This document shows, one piece after another, positions 20,022 through 30,171 of a stretch of DNA of 64,000 nt. Positions within the stretch are counted from its first letter, which is position 1. Every line of letters begins with the position of its first letter. The position numbers and the translations under genes are program-made. Source of the stretch: Histomonas meleagridis 2922-C6/04-290x. Lineage: Eukaryota; Protista; Parabasalia. The notes below the pieces were generated by a model. The model had not been told where the DNA came from and ran no database searches. It worked only from the letters and a program-made list of their open reading frames with translations. The stretch covers positions 124,001 through 188,000 of the forward strand of contig JAANOX010000144.1 of NCBI GenBank assembly GCA_020184695.1, in the 5' to 3' direction.

Positions 20022-21106
20022 TTTAACAAATAGTAAAATGAAAATAAAAATAACAAATATTGGAGAATTAGAAAAGAATAAAAAATGTTTGTTATCAATT
20101 GAAATGAGAATTCTCGACTTGAATTATAAGAAAAACCATTTTTATTTAATAAAAATATTGAAAGTGTGTATCTTTTAGATTGAAAATTTGTTAAAATATC
20201 AATTAATTTAAAATGGTTACATATTGAACCAAAAGAAATAAGATGAGAATAACGATGAGATAATAAGTTGAAATTTCTTGCATCAAGTTTATTTACATAT
20301 TTTGATTTTTCATAAAACATATTTTTTGGCAATGATCTAAAATGAGATAAAATGCGTGCATGCACTAGAAAAAAAGGTTATAGCTCATAAAATTAAAATA
20401 TATCCATGGAGACATGAAAAATTGGAAATTCTGGGGATATAGTTCTGTTTGCATAAAGCTTTGAGTGAAATTGAAAGCACCTCGATTTTATTCCATGTAA
20501 ACATATTAAAAAGTTTTAATAACCAGAGAAATTTCTGGTATGATCATCAGACAGACTTTGTTAAATGATTTTTCTGATTTCAGAATTGCTTCTTCCACTT
20601 TTGTTTACTAATTAATATAAAATAAAAGCTTTGACATCCTAACAAGAGATCATCATCATTAACCCATCTTTTCTTTTTGTACAATCTCAATCATATTTTT
20701 GAAGATTAATCTATTTTAATATATTTATTCCACTAGTCAGGTATAATCAAAAGTTCACCTGTTTTTAATTAAGGACAAGTGACATTATATTTATTAAATT
20801 TTCATGTTAGTTTTATTTCTGGACTTTCCACTTTTTCTAAATTTTACTTTTTCACTTTTTGAATGTATTACCCAGAAAATAAATATATAACATAAATTCA
20901 TTATAACATTCTGATTGATATTGATATAAAATTGTTTCTCAGTCATTTTTCCTTATATAAAAGAATCATATTCGAAAATATTAATTCCGATAAATCATGA
21001 TAATTTATTATGATTTCCTTATTGTAAAAATGTGGTTAAAAATTAATGGCAACCTAACAAATATACTTTATTGCCATTATAAGACAAGTTCTTGATTTTT
21101 TGAGCA

Positions 21107-21139
<33 letters not shown>

Positions 21140-21400
21140 AAGTCGCTAATTATTTTCACCCAGATCAATTCCAGAAGTATTTATTTTTACATAAGATCAT
21201 TCATTATATTTATAAAATATTGAAACATAACAGAGCATTTATCTGAAGAAAATACATAATCTGCATGCTGGTGCTCCATCTACAAAGTGAGTTATTTTCA
21301 AATTCTAATTGAGAATTTTTTAATTGACAACTCCATAAGTTTCATGATGTTTATAAATAAGTTATTTTTATCATAAAAAAATTCTTGAGTCTTCATAAGA
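20022..21400 (-). pseudogene. Decayed coding remnants, possibly BspA-like
   Basis: Short stop-broken frames such as SQLEFENNSL.. and ADYVFSSDK and SLPKNMFYE; no intact long ORF. Confidence 0.3.
21107..21134. repeat. (AT)14 microsatellite
   Basis: Uninterrupted AT dinucleotide run of 28 nt. Confidence 0.95.
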
Positions 21401-21554
21401 TAAATTAGGAATATAATATAGGAAAAATAGATGAAGAAATTTACTTAAAAACATGTATTTTAGGATATACACTGTATTTTTATTAATATATTTTAGTTAC
21501 ATAAAAGTTTTCTTGTTTTTACACTCCTTTTTATGTTAAACATTTTTACCCATC

Positions 21555-22682
21555 TTATATGGTATTAATGAAATGTTTAACAAGATGAATGTTTACAGAT
21601 TTTATTGTTTCCCTAATGAATGATTCATCAGGTTTAAATCCTTCTTCTTCCAAAAAAGATAAGATTTCATAGTTTCCGCACTGGACACACATACGTGCCA
21701 AATCGTTAACACTTTCTTCTTTTCCTATTTTATTTTTATAAAGATATTTAAAGATGTCATATCGATGGAATTTAATTGCTGTTTCATAAGCATCTTCAAA
21801 CAATGAATGATTTTGTAAGCACAATTTAAATATTTCCATATTTCCACCAGCAATTGCATATTTACCTGTGTACTTTACATTGGATTTTTTCGAGAGTAAA
21901 AATTTAAAACAGTTAACTGATCCAAAAAATGCTGCATAATCAATGAGTTTGACCTTTTCCTCATTAATAAAAGAATGTCGTTCATAGAGTGATGGGTTAA
22001 TATTTTGATTGAAATTAAATTTTGGATTTAATGATGCTGTCTGAAGTGGAATAATTTGATCATTTCGAATTATTTGGCTAATTTTAATTGGATTAATACC
22101 GGCGTCAATTAATTGACGGTGAAGTTCCCAATTGTTTTTTGAAAGCGCTTTCAGATGATCATGAACTTCCTTCACCATTCGATCTTTTAAACACCAAGCT
22201 CTGATATGTTCTTGATCTTGATAATGCATAAAATATTTAGAATCAATGGTTTGTGTAACACCTGGATGAACAAGAGTGTTTTTAATCACCTTTTCAATTA
22301 AATAATATGAGTCATGTGACTTATATTGTAATAAGCAATTAACGAAAATTTCAAATATATCTTGTAATAAATTTAAACTTCTACAAATCTCATTTTCCTT
22401 TTCTTTTGTTTGAAGATCTTCTAAGTATTTTATGTAAATATCGCCATTGCCATTTTTTGAAAGAAATGCATAATAAATCAAATTAGAGATGACCATATTA
22501 AATACATTTGGGAATTTTGAATCAAACAACTTTAAGGTCAATTGAAGCAATGAATCATAATTTCCTTCATTCAAGTTAAAAACAATCTTTTCGAGTGATA
22601 TAAGTAATTTAAGATTTGGATCATTACTTTTTGCCTTTGAAGGATATTCGTTGCAAAGATTGTTGTTTCCTTGGACAGACAT
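21555..22682 (-). CDS. DUF3447-type ankyrin-associated family protein (375 aa)
   Basis: NNWELHRQLIDAGINP, IIRNDQI, NINPSLYER, LIDYAAFFGSVNCFKFL and YAIAGGNMEIFKLC are hallmarks of this expanded trichomonad family. Confidence 0.8.
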   Translation of the reverse strand: MSVQGNNNLCNEYPSKAKSNDPNLKLLISLEKIVFNLNEGNYDSLLQLTLKLFDSKFPNVFNMVISNLIYYAFLSKNGNGDIYIKYLEDLQTKEKENEICRSLNLLQDIFEIFVNCLLQYKSHDSYYLIEKVIKNTLVHPGVTQTIDSKYFMHYQDQEHIRAWCLKDRMVKEVHDHLKALSKNNWELHRQLIDAGINPIKISQIIRNDQIIPLQTASLNPKFNFNQNINPSLYERHSFINEEKVKLIDYAAFFGSVNCFKFLLSKKSNVKYTGKYAIAGGNMEIFKLCLQNHSLFEDAYETAIKFHRYDIFKYLYKNKIGKEESVNDLARMCVQCGNYEILSFLEEEGFKPDESFIRETIKSVNIHLVKHFINTI

Positions 22683-22948
22683 TTTAATGATTCTAATGGT
22701 GATTTTGCCAAAATTTTAGCTTGTCATTAATATAAAATTTTGCCAAATAACGTTATTTGAATAAAACATTGAATACTATACGTTATATTAATGCTTTTTA
22801 AAAGTTATATTGGCCAAACCCACTCAAATGATATAGCTTTTTGAATATCAATGACAAAAATTTACATTGAAATTTAAAAATATTTTGACAATTTGATTCT
22901 TCAAGAAAAACAAAAAACAAATTATATTATTCATTTTACATGTTATAA

Positions 22949-25900
22949 CTATATATTTGAATTTTCTAGAGCCAAAATTTCCTTTTCATTCATGAAAGGC
23001 ATTAAAAAAGAAATTGCATCATCATCAAACTTTCTTACATCAGATATTTTTGCAGAAGGATCAATTGCATAAAACAGCAAAAAATTCTTCAATTTATGGT
23101 CCTTCAACATATTAATTCTTTCTTTTACGGAATCACTTCTTAAGAATTCCATGATTTTATTCCCTATTTCATCACAATCAATTTCAACTTTACATTTTTG
23201 TATTTCATATTCATTATTTGTTTCATTTTTAGTCGATAGCAATGAATTTTCTTTCATTTTCAAGACCATTCTTAAGTTTTCCACATCCAATTTTTCTTTT
23301 ACGTGTTCATCACTTAATTTCTTCACCCAAATAATTGGTCTTTTATCTTCGTTTTCAAGTTGTTCGAAATTAATTTTATAATATTTATTATCATCGATTA
23401 CAATTGATTTAATTAATTCGAATGGCGGTAAAACATGTGGTGTATTCATAATTACTTCTGTTCCATCTTTTAATATAACATGAGCCATTACATGTAATAT
23501 CTCTTGAGTGAATACATCGCGTACTTCTAAAACACGTGGAACAGCTGCAATAGAAATTAAATGTCTTAAAGGTTGTAAATAAAAATCGTTGTCTTCTATA
23601 AATCTTGAAATTCTTGGATAAAGTGCAATTAATATTGCTGCTGTTTGTGAATTATTTCTTCCGATTGTATATCTTCCTTTACCAAGATTTAAGATACCTA
23701 TAGCCATAGATAACATCATATGAAATCCGAAATTATATTGTGTTAATGTCGTTGAGATTGGTCTACGTCTAATAAATCGAACAAAACGTAAAAAATCTAC
23801 TTCACAAGTTCCTGCAATAATTAATGAACAAGAAACTAATACAATTGATAAACATTGTTCGCGATATAATACATTACAATCCTTAAAATCAAATGGTTCT
23901 TTCTCTAATAAACTTAAACATTTCGCTATTGTCATTATACGTTCAAATGCTTTGATATTAAGTGTTCCAGCATATTTAACACCACAAGCAATAGAAAAGC
24001 CTGTTACCATTGCTGTAAGGATTTCAGGTTCAAGTCCTTTAGGAACACAAAAGTTTAATGCAGATTCAGGTTTGGAATCAATTAATAATGATCCCATAGT
24101 TCTCATTAATACTATATCAGGGACTAATGTATTAATATAAGTTGAATCTTCAGGTAATGATAACGCTTTTTTAACATGTTCAGAGTCAGTACGAAGATAT
24201 CCAAGAATTAATGAAAACATAGAAGAAGGTGCAATCGAAAAAAAGTCGGAATTTCCAAATGTTATAATCTTTTCACTTTCTGCATCTAGTGATTTATTAC
24301 CACAAAAAATTTCACAAAGTTTTTCTCTGTTATCTCTTAAAACACTTGATTTATCACCTTTACCTAAGTTAATTAAACCTATTGATATACCAAGTGATAA
24401 TGGTTGTGTAGGGATTTCCATAAGTGAACTTTCTTGTAACATATTCATAAATATTTCAGTAAAATGTCGATTACAACTTGACTCAAATAGAAATCCAATT
24501 CCTACAATTGCTGATGATTGAATTAATGGTGAAATCTCTTCATCGTCATCATTAAATTGATGTAATTCTGGTATATATTGTGTTATCATATTCGAAATTA
24601 ATATATCTCTTGTGGAACGATATGATATTCCTAATCCTAATAATGTCGCAATTATATTTATATCTTTTAATTCATTCGAATTAAGATAATTATAAAGTTC
24701 GGATTTCCAAACTTTCTTTAATAAACCTGTAATACCAAATCCAAATAATGCGCCCGCTGTTTGTGGATTAATTTCTTTTGTTATAGTATCTAATATCCAT
24801 GAATTATCAGCATTAATAATCGTTAATGAACTTGATACACCATTATGAAATTGTGGCCATTCTAATTTTTCTTGTTTAAGGAATTCTTCATCTGGTTTTA
24901 ATTCAATTGCATTATCTGTAAATCCGCAATTATTTAATGTATCAAATTTAAGGACTTGTGATGACAATGGTTCAAATGTATTAAAATTAAATAATCCTCT
25001 TCCGATAGATAATGACCATTGTTTCCCTAATAGAATCCCAAGTTTCTCTATAAGCATTGCTTGGAATTGTATATCATCTGTACCATTTGGTCTTTCGACA
25101 TCTATAGTTAATGGTATATGTGATTGAAGTAATCGTTCTACTTCTAAAAATCGTAAATCTGGTTGTGAGAAATCAATGATATTTTTGACTTTCTCATTTT
25201 CAATATATTTATATAACGTTGAAATATCTTCTCTTCCTATAAGTTCATAAGCTGCAAGTGGCCAATTTAATGGTGGTGAATTAGCAGTCGATTTAAATGC
25301 TTTCTTTAAAAGAATTGAAATTCCTGGAATTATATTTTGTAATTCATTTAATGTTAATTTTGAACGTGCTGTAGTTACAACAATATCACGTACATCATTA
25401 GCTTTATATATCAATGAAAAAATATCAATGATTTTCTTAGAAAGTGGAAATATTTTCTTAAACTCTTCAGTTCGTTTACCTTCAATACATTTACAACAAT
25501 ATTCAATAATATTAGGTACTTCTTGTGAAATAGAATTTATTTTAAAGTCATTAATTTCGATGTTAATATCATTGTTAGAATGAAGTGAATAATATAATAT
25601 ATATTGTGGTAATTCGACAATTTGTGAAAGTTGAATCATTATTGAAGTTAACATTTTGAGTTCTTCTTCTTTATCTTTTTGTAAGCGAATATCTTCATAT
25701 AATAAATGTGCTAAATGAATAAATTTAATGATTTCTTCTTTCTCAACTAAACTTGTTAAAAGATTTATAAAATCAGGTACAAATACAGAGTAATCAGAAA
25801 GTGCTTCAGCTTCACTTAATGAAAGTATAAGTGTTGCATAACTATCAGATGATAAAGATAAATGTAATACTTCTAATAATGAATAAATAATTGGTTTAAA

Positions 25901-27055
25901 TGATAAGTCAAAATAAAATGAAGTCGATGTATTATTTGTAAATGTACATATGAATCGTTTTCCAAGTTTTTGTATATTTTTTACATTTTCAAATGGTAAA
26001 TGTATAATTGCATGTTCTTCTTCATGTAAAACAAGCGTTTTATCAGTATAAACAACAAAAAACATCAATTCTTTAAATCGACAAATACTTTCAACTTCTT
26101 CAATTGTAAAAAGTATTTTATCCGAATTATTATAACTAATATCTAAACCAATTAATTTATGGTTATGTAAAAATAAAAGTATTTTTTTATTGCCATCAGA
26201 AATATCTATAAATGAACAATTAGTTGGCTCACTTTGATTAAATTCATAGATCATTTCCATATATAAATCGGGTGGAATCCCTTCAAGTGTTGACTTAATT
26301 TCTATTCGAGCATCTGTTGTTGGTGAGTAAAGATATGGTTTTATAGCAGGTGGAGAGAAAATTGAAGGCGAACGGATATAATGAGGCGATGAAAATAATA
26401 AGTCACGACTTCGATTTGCATCTCTTAACTTCCAAATTGATATTGAATCATTTGCATATGAAAGAAGATAACCACGTTGATCTGAAACTTGAAGTGGAAC
26501 AAAGCCTAAATCTGTGATATATGATAAATCTTTTTCAAAATCAGCAAAGGAATCACCAAATGTTTTTGGAGTTTGAATTGTTGTATACTTTGGAAGTGGC
26601 GTAGAAATATTAGGAGTAGAAAAAGCAACAGGACGAATCTCTTCAAGAACATGGAAAAGTGTAAAGAGAACTGGGAAGTCTGAATATTGAGAATGTATTA
26701 ATGAAGAATTTGGTGATCTGAAAAGCAACAAAGATTTGTGTAGAGGAAATATTTTTGCAATTTGAAAAGGAAGAGGAATTAAAAAAGATTCACCAGAATA
26801 TGAAAATAATGTTAATCCAGTTTGATATAAAACAGCTAAATATCGCTCTTTATCAATTGTACATATTGTTGCATCAATAATTTCACCTGGAAGTGTTAAT
26901 TGATGTAAAAGACATCGAAATTTTGACCAAATGATTTCATTTTCAGACCAACATAATTCATCTCCATCATTATGAAGTTTAACTTTATAGGATTTCGTTG
27001 ATTTTGGAAGCTTATCAACCCCAAAAGGTTTAAATGGACCAACATTTCTTATCAT
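22949..27055 (-). CDS. APC1: Anaphase-promoting complex subunit 1 (1368 aa)
   Basis: LFTLFHVLEEIRPV, EVERLLQSH, WPQFHNGVSSSL, PC-repeat GxLFGFGITG and YLQPLRHLISIAAVPR are conserved APC1 motifs. Confidence 0.9.
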   Translation of the reverse strand: MIRNVGPFKPFGVDKLPKSTKSYKVKLHNDGDELCWSENEIIWSKFRCLLHQLTLPGEIIDATICTIDKERYLAVLYQTGLTLFSYSGESFLIPLPFQIAKIFPLHKSLLLFRSPNSSLIHSQYSDFPVLFTLFHVLEEIRPVAFSTPNISTPLPKYTTIQTPKTFGDSFADFEKDLSYITDLGFVPLQVSDQRGYLLSYANDSISIWKLRDANRSRDLLFSSPHYIRSPSIFSPPAIKPYLYSPTTDARIEIKSTLEGIPPDLYMEMIYEFNQSEPTNCSFIDISDGNKKILLFLHNHKLIGLDISYNNSDKILFTIEEVESICRFKELMFFVVYTDKTLVLHEEEHAIIHLPFENVKNIQKLGKRFICTFTNNTSTSFYFDLSFKPIIYSLLEVLHLSLSSDSYATLILSLSEAEALSDYSVFVPDFINLLTSLVEKEEIIKFIHLAHLLYEDIRLQKDKEEELKMLTSIMIQLSQIVELPQYILYYSLHSNNDINIEINDFKINSISQEVPNIIEYCCKCIEGKRTEEFKKIFPLSKKIIDIFSLIYKANDVRDIVVTTARSKLTLNELQNIIPGISILLKKAFKSTANSPPLNWPLAAYELIGREDISTLYKYIENEKVKNIIDFSQPDLRFLEVERLLQSHIPLTIDVERPNGTDDIQFQAMLIEKLGILLGKQWSLSIGRGLFNFNTFEPLSSQVLKFDTLNNCGFTDNAIELKPDEEFLKQEKLEWPQFHNGVSSSLTIINADNSWILDTITKEINPQTAGALFGFGITGLLKKVWKSELYNYLNSNELKDINIIATLLGLGISYRSTRDILISNMITQYIPELHQFNDDDEEISPLIQSSAIVGIGFLFESSCNRHFTEIFMNMLQESSLMEIPTQPLSLGISIGLINLGKGDKSSVLRDNREKLCEIFCGNKSLDAESEKIITFGNSDFFSIAPSSMFSLILGYLRTDSEHVKKALSLPEDSTYINTLVPDIVLMRTMGSLLIDSKPESALNFCVPKGLEPEILTAMVTGFSIACGVKYAGTLNIKAFERIMTIAKCLSLLEKEPFDFKDCNVLYREQCLSIVLVSCSLIIAGTCEVDFLRFVRFIRRRPISTTLTQYNFGFHMMLSMAIGILNLGKGRYTIGRNNSQTAAILIALYPRISRFIEDNDFYLQPLRHLISIAAVPRVLEVRDVFTQEILHVMAHVILKDGTEVIMNTPHVLPPFELIKSIVIDDNKYYKINFEQLENEDKRPIIWVKKLSDEHVKEKLDVENLRMVLKMKENSLLSTKNETNNEYEIQKCKVEIDCDEIGNKIMEFLRSDSVKERINMLKDHKLKNFLLFYAIDPSAKISDVRKFDDDAISFLMPFMNEKEILALENSNI

Positions 27056-27125
27056 TTGTCTTTGGAAAATATTTTAAACGGCCATTTTAGACAAAAAAAC
27101 CATTTTTTTTTTGAAGTTAACTTGT

Positions 27126-27572
27126 TTATTGCCTATTTTCGATGGCAGTAATCTTTGCTATACGAGCTGCATGACGACCACCTTCGAAATCAGTTGTTAA
27201 GAATGTTCTAACAATATCATATGCAACTTCAATTCCAATAACACGAGCGCCAAAGGCAATCATGTTAGCATCGTTATGCTGGCGTGTGAGTTGAGCTGTG
27301 TAATGATCATGAACAACAGCACAACGGATTCCTTTAACTTTATTAGCAGCAATTGAAATTCCAATTCCTGTTCCACAGATTAAAATTCCACGCTCGGCAC
27401 GGCCTTCAACAATTTCTTTTGCAGCTGCTTCAGCATAATCAGGATAATCAACACTTGTTGTTCCATCGTTGGTACCAACGTCAATTACTTCATGCCCAAG
27501 GGACTTAAGTAAAGCTACAATGCGATCTTTGTAGTCAAAGCCTCCATGGTCACATCCAATTACAATCTTCAT
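27126..27572 (-). CDS. rpiB: Ribose-5-phosphate isomerase B (148 aa)
   Basis: GCDHGG, VDYPDYA, GILICGTGIGISIAANKVKGIR, RQHNDAN and FEGGRHAARIAKI. Confidence 0.97.
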   Translation of the reverse strand: MKIVIGCDHGGFDYKDRIVALLKSLGHEVIDVGTNDGTTSVDYPDYAEAAAKEIVEGRAERGILICGTGIGISIAANKVKGIRCAVVHDHYTAQLTRQHNDANMIAFGARVIGIEVAYDIVRTFLTTDFEGGRHAARIAKITAIENRQ

Positions 27573-27706
27573 TTAAAGTGTTTAGCTGCTTCAGTTTGTC
27601 AATTTAATAATTAGAAATGCCATTTTACTACCATGATTTTGTTATGTTAAATTTTTTAACCCGTTTTTTCTTTTTTGGGGGTATAATACGTTATTTCTTG
27701 TGTTAA

Positions 27707-29680
27707 ATGGAACAAAATGAAAACAAACAAGAAAATATCCTAGATGTACAAGCACTTCCAAGTGTATTTGTTCAAGATGCAGATTCTTATCTTGGAAGAC
27801 ATCTTGTTTCTGCTTTAATTGATGCAAAATATAATGTTATTGGAACGACAACTAAACCCGTTGCTTTTATGACACCAAATTATTATCCTATTCCAAAATA
27901 TGAACAAGTGGATTCTGTTAATGATGCATTTGCTTTATGTAATATATTCATATTTGATATTAGAGAAAATCCTAATGTTGCAATCAATGCATTTTCATGT
28001 TTTGAAAATATTACTACAAATGTAAAAATAATTTTAATATCAACATTAATGACATGGGCACTTACAAATACATCACCATCAATTCCTCTAACAGGTGATG
28101 ACTTTAGAAAAAGAAAACCTCTACCTAGCTTTAAGCTTCAATATGACACAGAAATCCAAGCCAACAAATTAGCCAGAGATAATCCATTAATTGAAGTATA
28201 TGTAATGAGTTGTGGTATACCATATGGGGTTGGTGAAGAAACACTTTTTCCATTATTTAAATACGCTTGGAACCAAAAATATTATGAATCCATTAATTTT
28301 AAAAGTTCATGTACTAATTTACCACTTATAGGGAAAGGTGATAATATAATTCCAATGATTCATGTTCATGATCTTGCACAACTTATAATATCCACTCTTC
28401 AAGGTCAAATGATAGATCGCTATGTAATGGCTGTTGATAATGGGAATTGTAAACTTAAAGATATTATTGAATGTATATCAAATGCATTTTCTGATGGAAA
28501 AATCCAACAATTTTCTCCAAGCCAAGCGTTAATAATTCCATGGTTAACATCTCATTTAATTGATTATTTATCATTAAATCTTCGTGCTATAAATGAATTA
28601 CTTTGTCGTGTTAAGACAACAAATGAACTTGGATTTGTAGCAACAATAAACAAAACCAAGAAAGAATTTATTGAAAATCATAAACTTTATCCACTTCGAA
28701 TTCTTATAAGTGGACCACCACTTGTTGGTAAGACATATTTAGCCTCACATTTATCTAATTTATATTCATTACCTTTAATAAATGTTGATTCATTAATATC
28801 TGAAGCGAAACGTAATGAAGATAATTATTATGATCAATTTTCACAACAAATAAATGGCGAAATATCACCTAATTTATTATTAGACTTATTAAAATGGAAA
28901 ATTAGAGATATTCCATGTCGGAATCAAGGATTTATACTTGATGGGATTCCATCGAATTATGGATTTGCTGAAGCGCTATGGTTTGAAAGTGATAATTGGC
29001 CGCATATATTTATCGAATTAGAAGCAAATGATTCATTTTTACGTATGCGTGGAAGACAAGATCCTTCTGTAATGTTAGGCATTGGTAATATGGATGAGTT
29101 TGAAAATAGACTTTCCCAATATAGATCTGTAAATTCTTCTGGAGAAAAGAATTTATTTGATGCTTTTGAACAACAAACTTCAATTAGAGCTATTACATTA
29201 AATACAGAAAAATTCCAAAGTACCGAAATTCAAATACTACAAAAGTTTATTGGTAAGCCACATAACTTCGGTAAAAACCCTTCGTTAATTATAAGGGATA
29301 CTGAGGAACTAAAAAGACAAAACAAATTGAAAAAAGAAAAAATGGAAAAACTCGAAATGGAATTGAAAAAAGCAGAAGAAGCTAAAAGAAAAGAAAAAGA
29401 AATGTTAGCCAACGCACAACAACAAATCGTACAACAAGAAGAAACGCATTTATTATCAAAGTTCTCTAAGCCACAAAGAGATTGGCTCGTTTCAAATGTC
29501 GCGCCGGCATTAGCAGAAGGATTATGCTTCTTGATCAAGGAAATGCCCGAAAACCCAATACATATATTGGGATGCTTCTTAGGGTCAAAGCTTACACAGG
29601 AACAACAGAAGCAATTAATGAAGGAATTGAACCCAGAAAATGGATATGATGAAGAAGAGGAAGAAGAAGAGGAACATTAA
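27707..29680 (+). CDS. AK7: Adenylate kinase 7-like (657 aa)
   Basis: N-terminal epimerase-like fold, P-loop ISGPPLVGKT, GFILDG, coiled coil and C-terminal Dpy-30 motif (WLVSNVAPALAEGL...PENPIHILGCFL). Confidence 0.85.
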   Translation: MEQNENKQENILDVQALPSVFVQDADSYLGRHLVSALIDAKYNVIGTTTKPVAFMTPNYYPIPKYEQVDSVNDAFALCNIFIFDIRENPNVAINAFSCFENITTNVKIILISTLMTWALTNTSPSIPLTGDDFRKRKPLPSFKLQYDTEIQANKLARDNPLIEVYVMSCGIPYGVGEETLFPLFKYAWNQKYYESINFKSSCTNLPLIGKGDNIIPMIHVHDLAQLIISTLQGQMIDRYVMAVDNGNCKLKDIIECISNAFSDGKIQQFSPSQALIIPWLTSHLIDYLSLNLRAINELLCRVKTTNELGFVATINKTKKEFIENHKLYPLRILISGPPLVGKTYLASHLSNLYSLPLINVDSLISEAKRNEDNYYDQFSQQINGEISPNLLLDLLKWKIRDIPCRNQGFILDGIPSNYGFAEALWFESDNWPHIFIELEANDSFLRMRGRQDPSVMLGIGNMDEFENRLSQYRSVNSSGEKNLFDAFEQQTSIRAITLNTEKFQSTEIQILQKFIGKPHNFGKNPSLIIRDTEELKRQNKLKKEKMEKLEMELKKAEEAKRKEKEMLANAQQQIVQQEETHLLSKFSKPQRDWLVSNVAPALAEGLCFLIKEMPENPIHILGCFLGSKLTQEQQKQLMKELNPENGYDEEEEEEEEH

Positions 29681-30171
29681 TATTGTGTATATTTGAAGAA
29701 TAAATGTTAACATTTTAATGAAATTTATTATGGTCAACAGAAAAATTCCATTTTGATAAAATGTTTCAGAATAGCTGTGCTCATACCTGTTGTACTCATG
29801 ATAAGGCTTTTTCTGAGAATAACTTCATGATAAAAATTTTTTTCTTATTATAAATTTGTAATAATTTATATATAGATAAAGAGTCATCATGAAACATCAT
29901 GTTAATCTTTTGGCAAAATGATGATTTAAAAAACACATTAAATGGACTTAACGTGCAAAAATCGATGGACTTTGAGCACAACAAAGTGTTTATGTATCAT
30001 AAGAAGTTACAAACGTTTAGCACAATTTATTCATACGAACTCATGCGAAAAATTTACATATAAACACATTCGAGAAATGATGAAGTACATTAACATGTGG
30101 AATTTCTATTAAGCAAAATACAATCATAAAATTAAATTTGGTGTCAGTCATTACTTTTATTAATGAATGAT

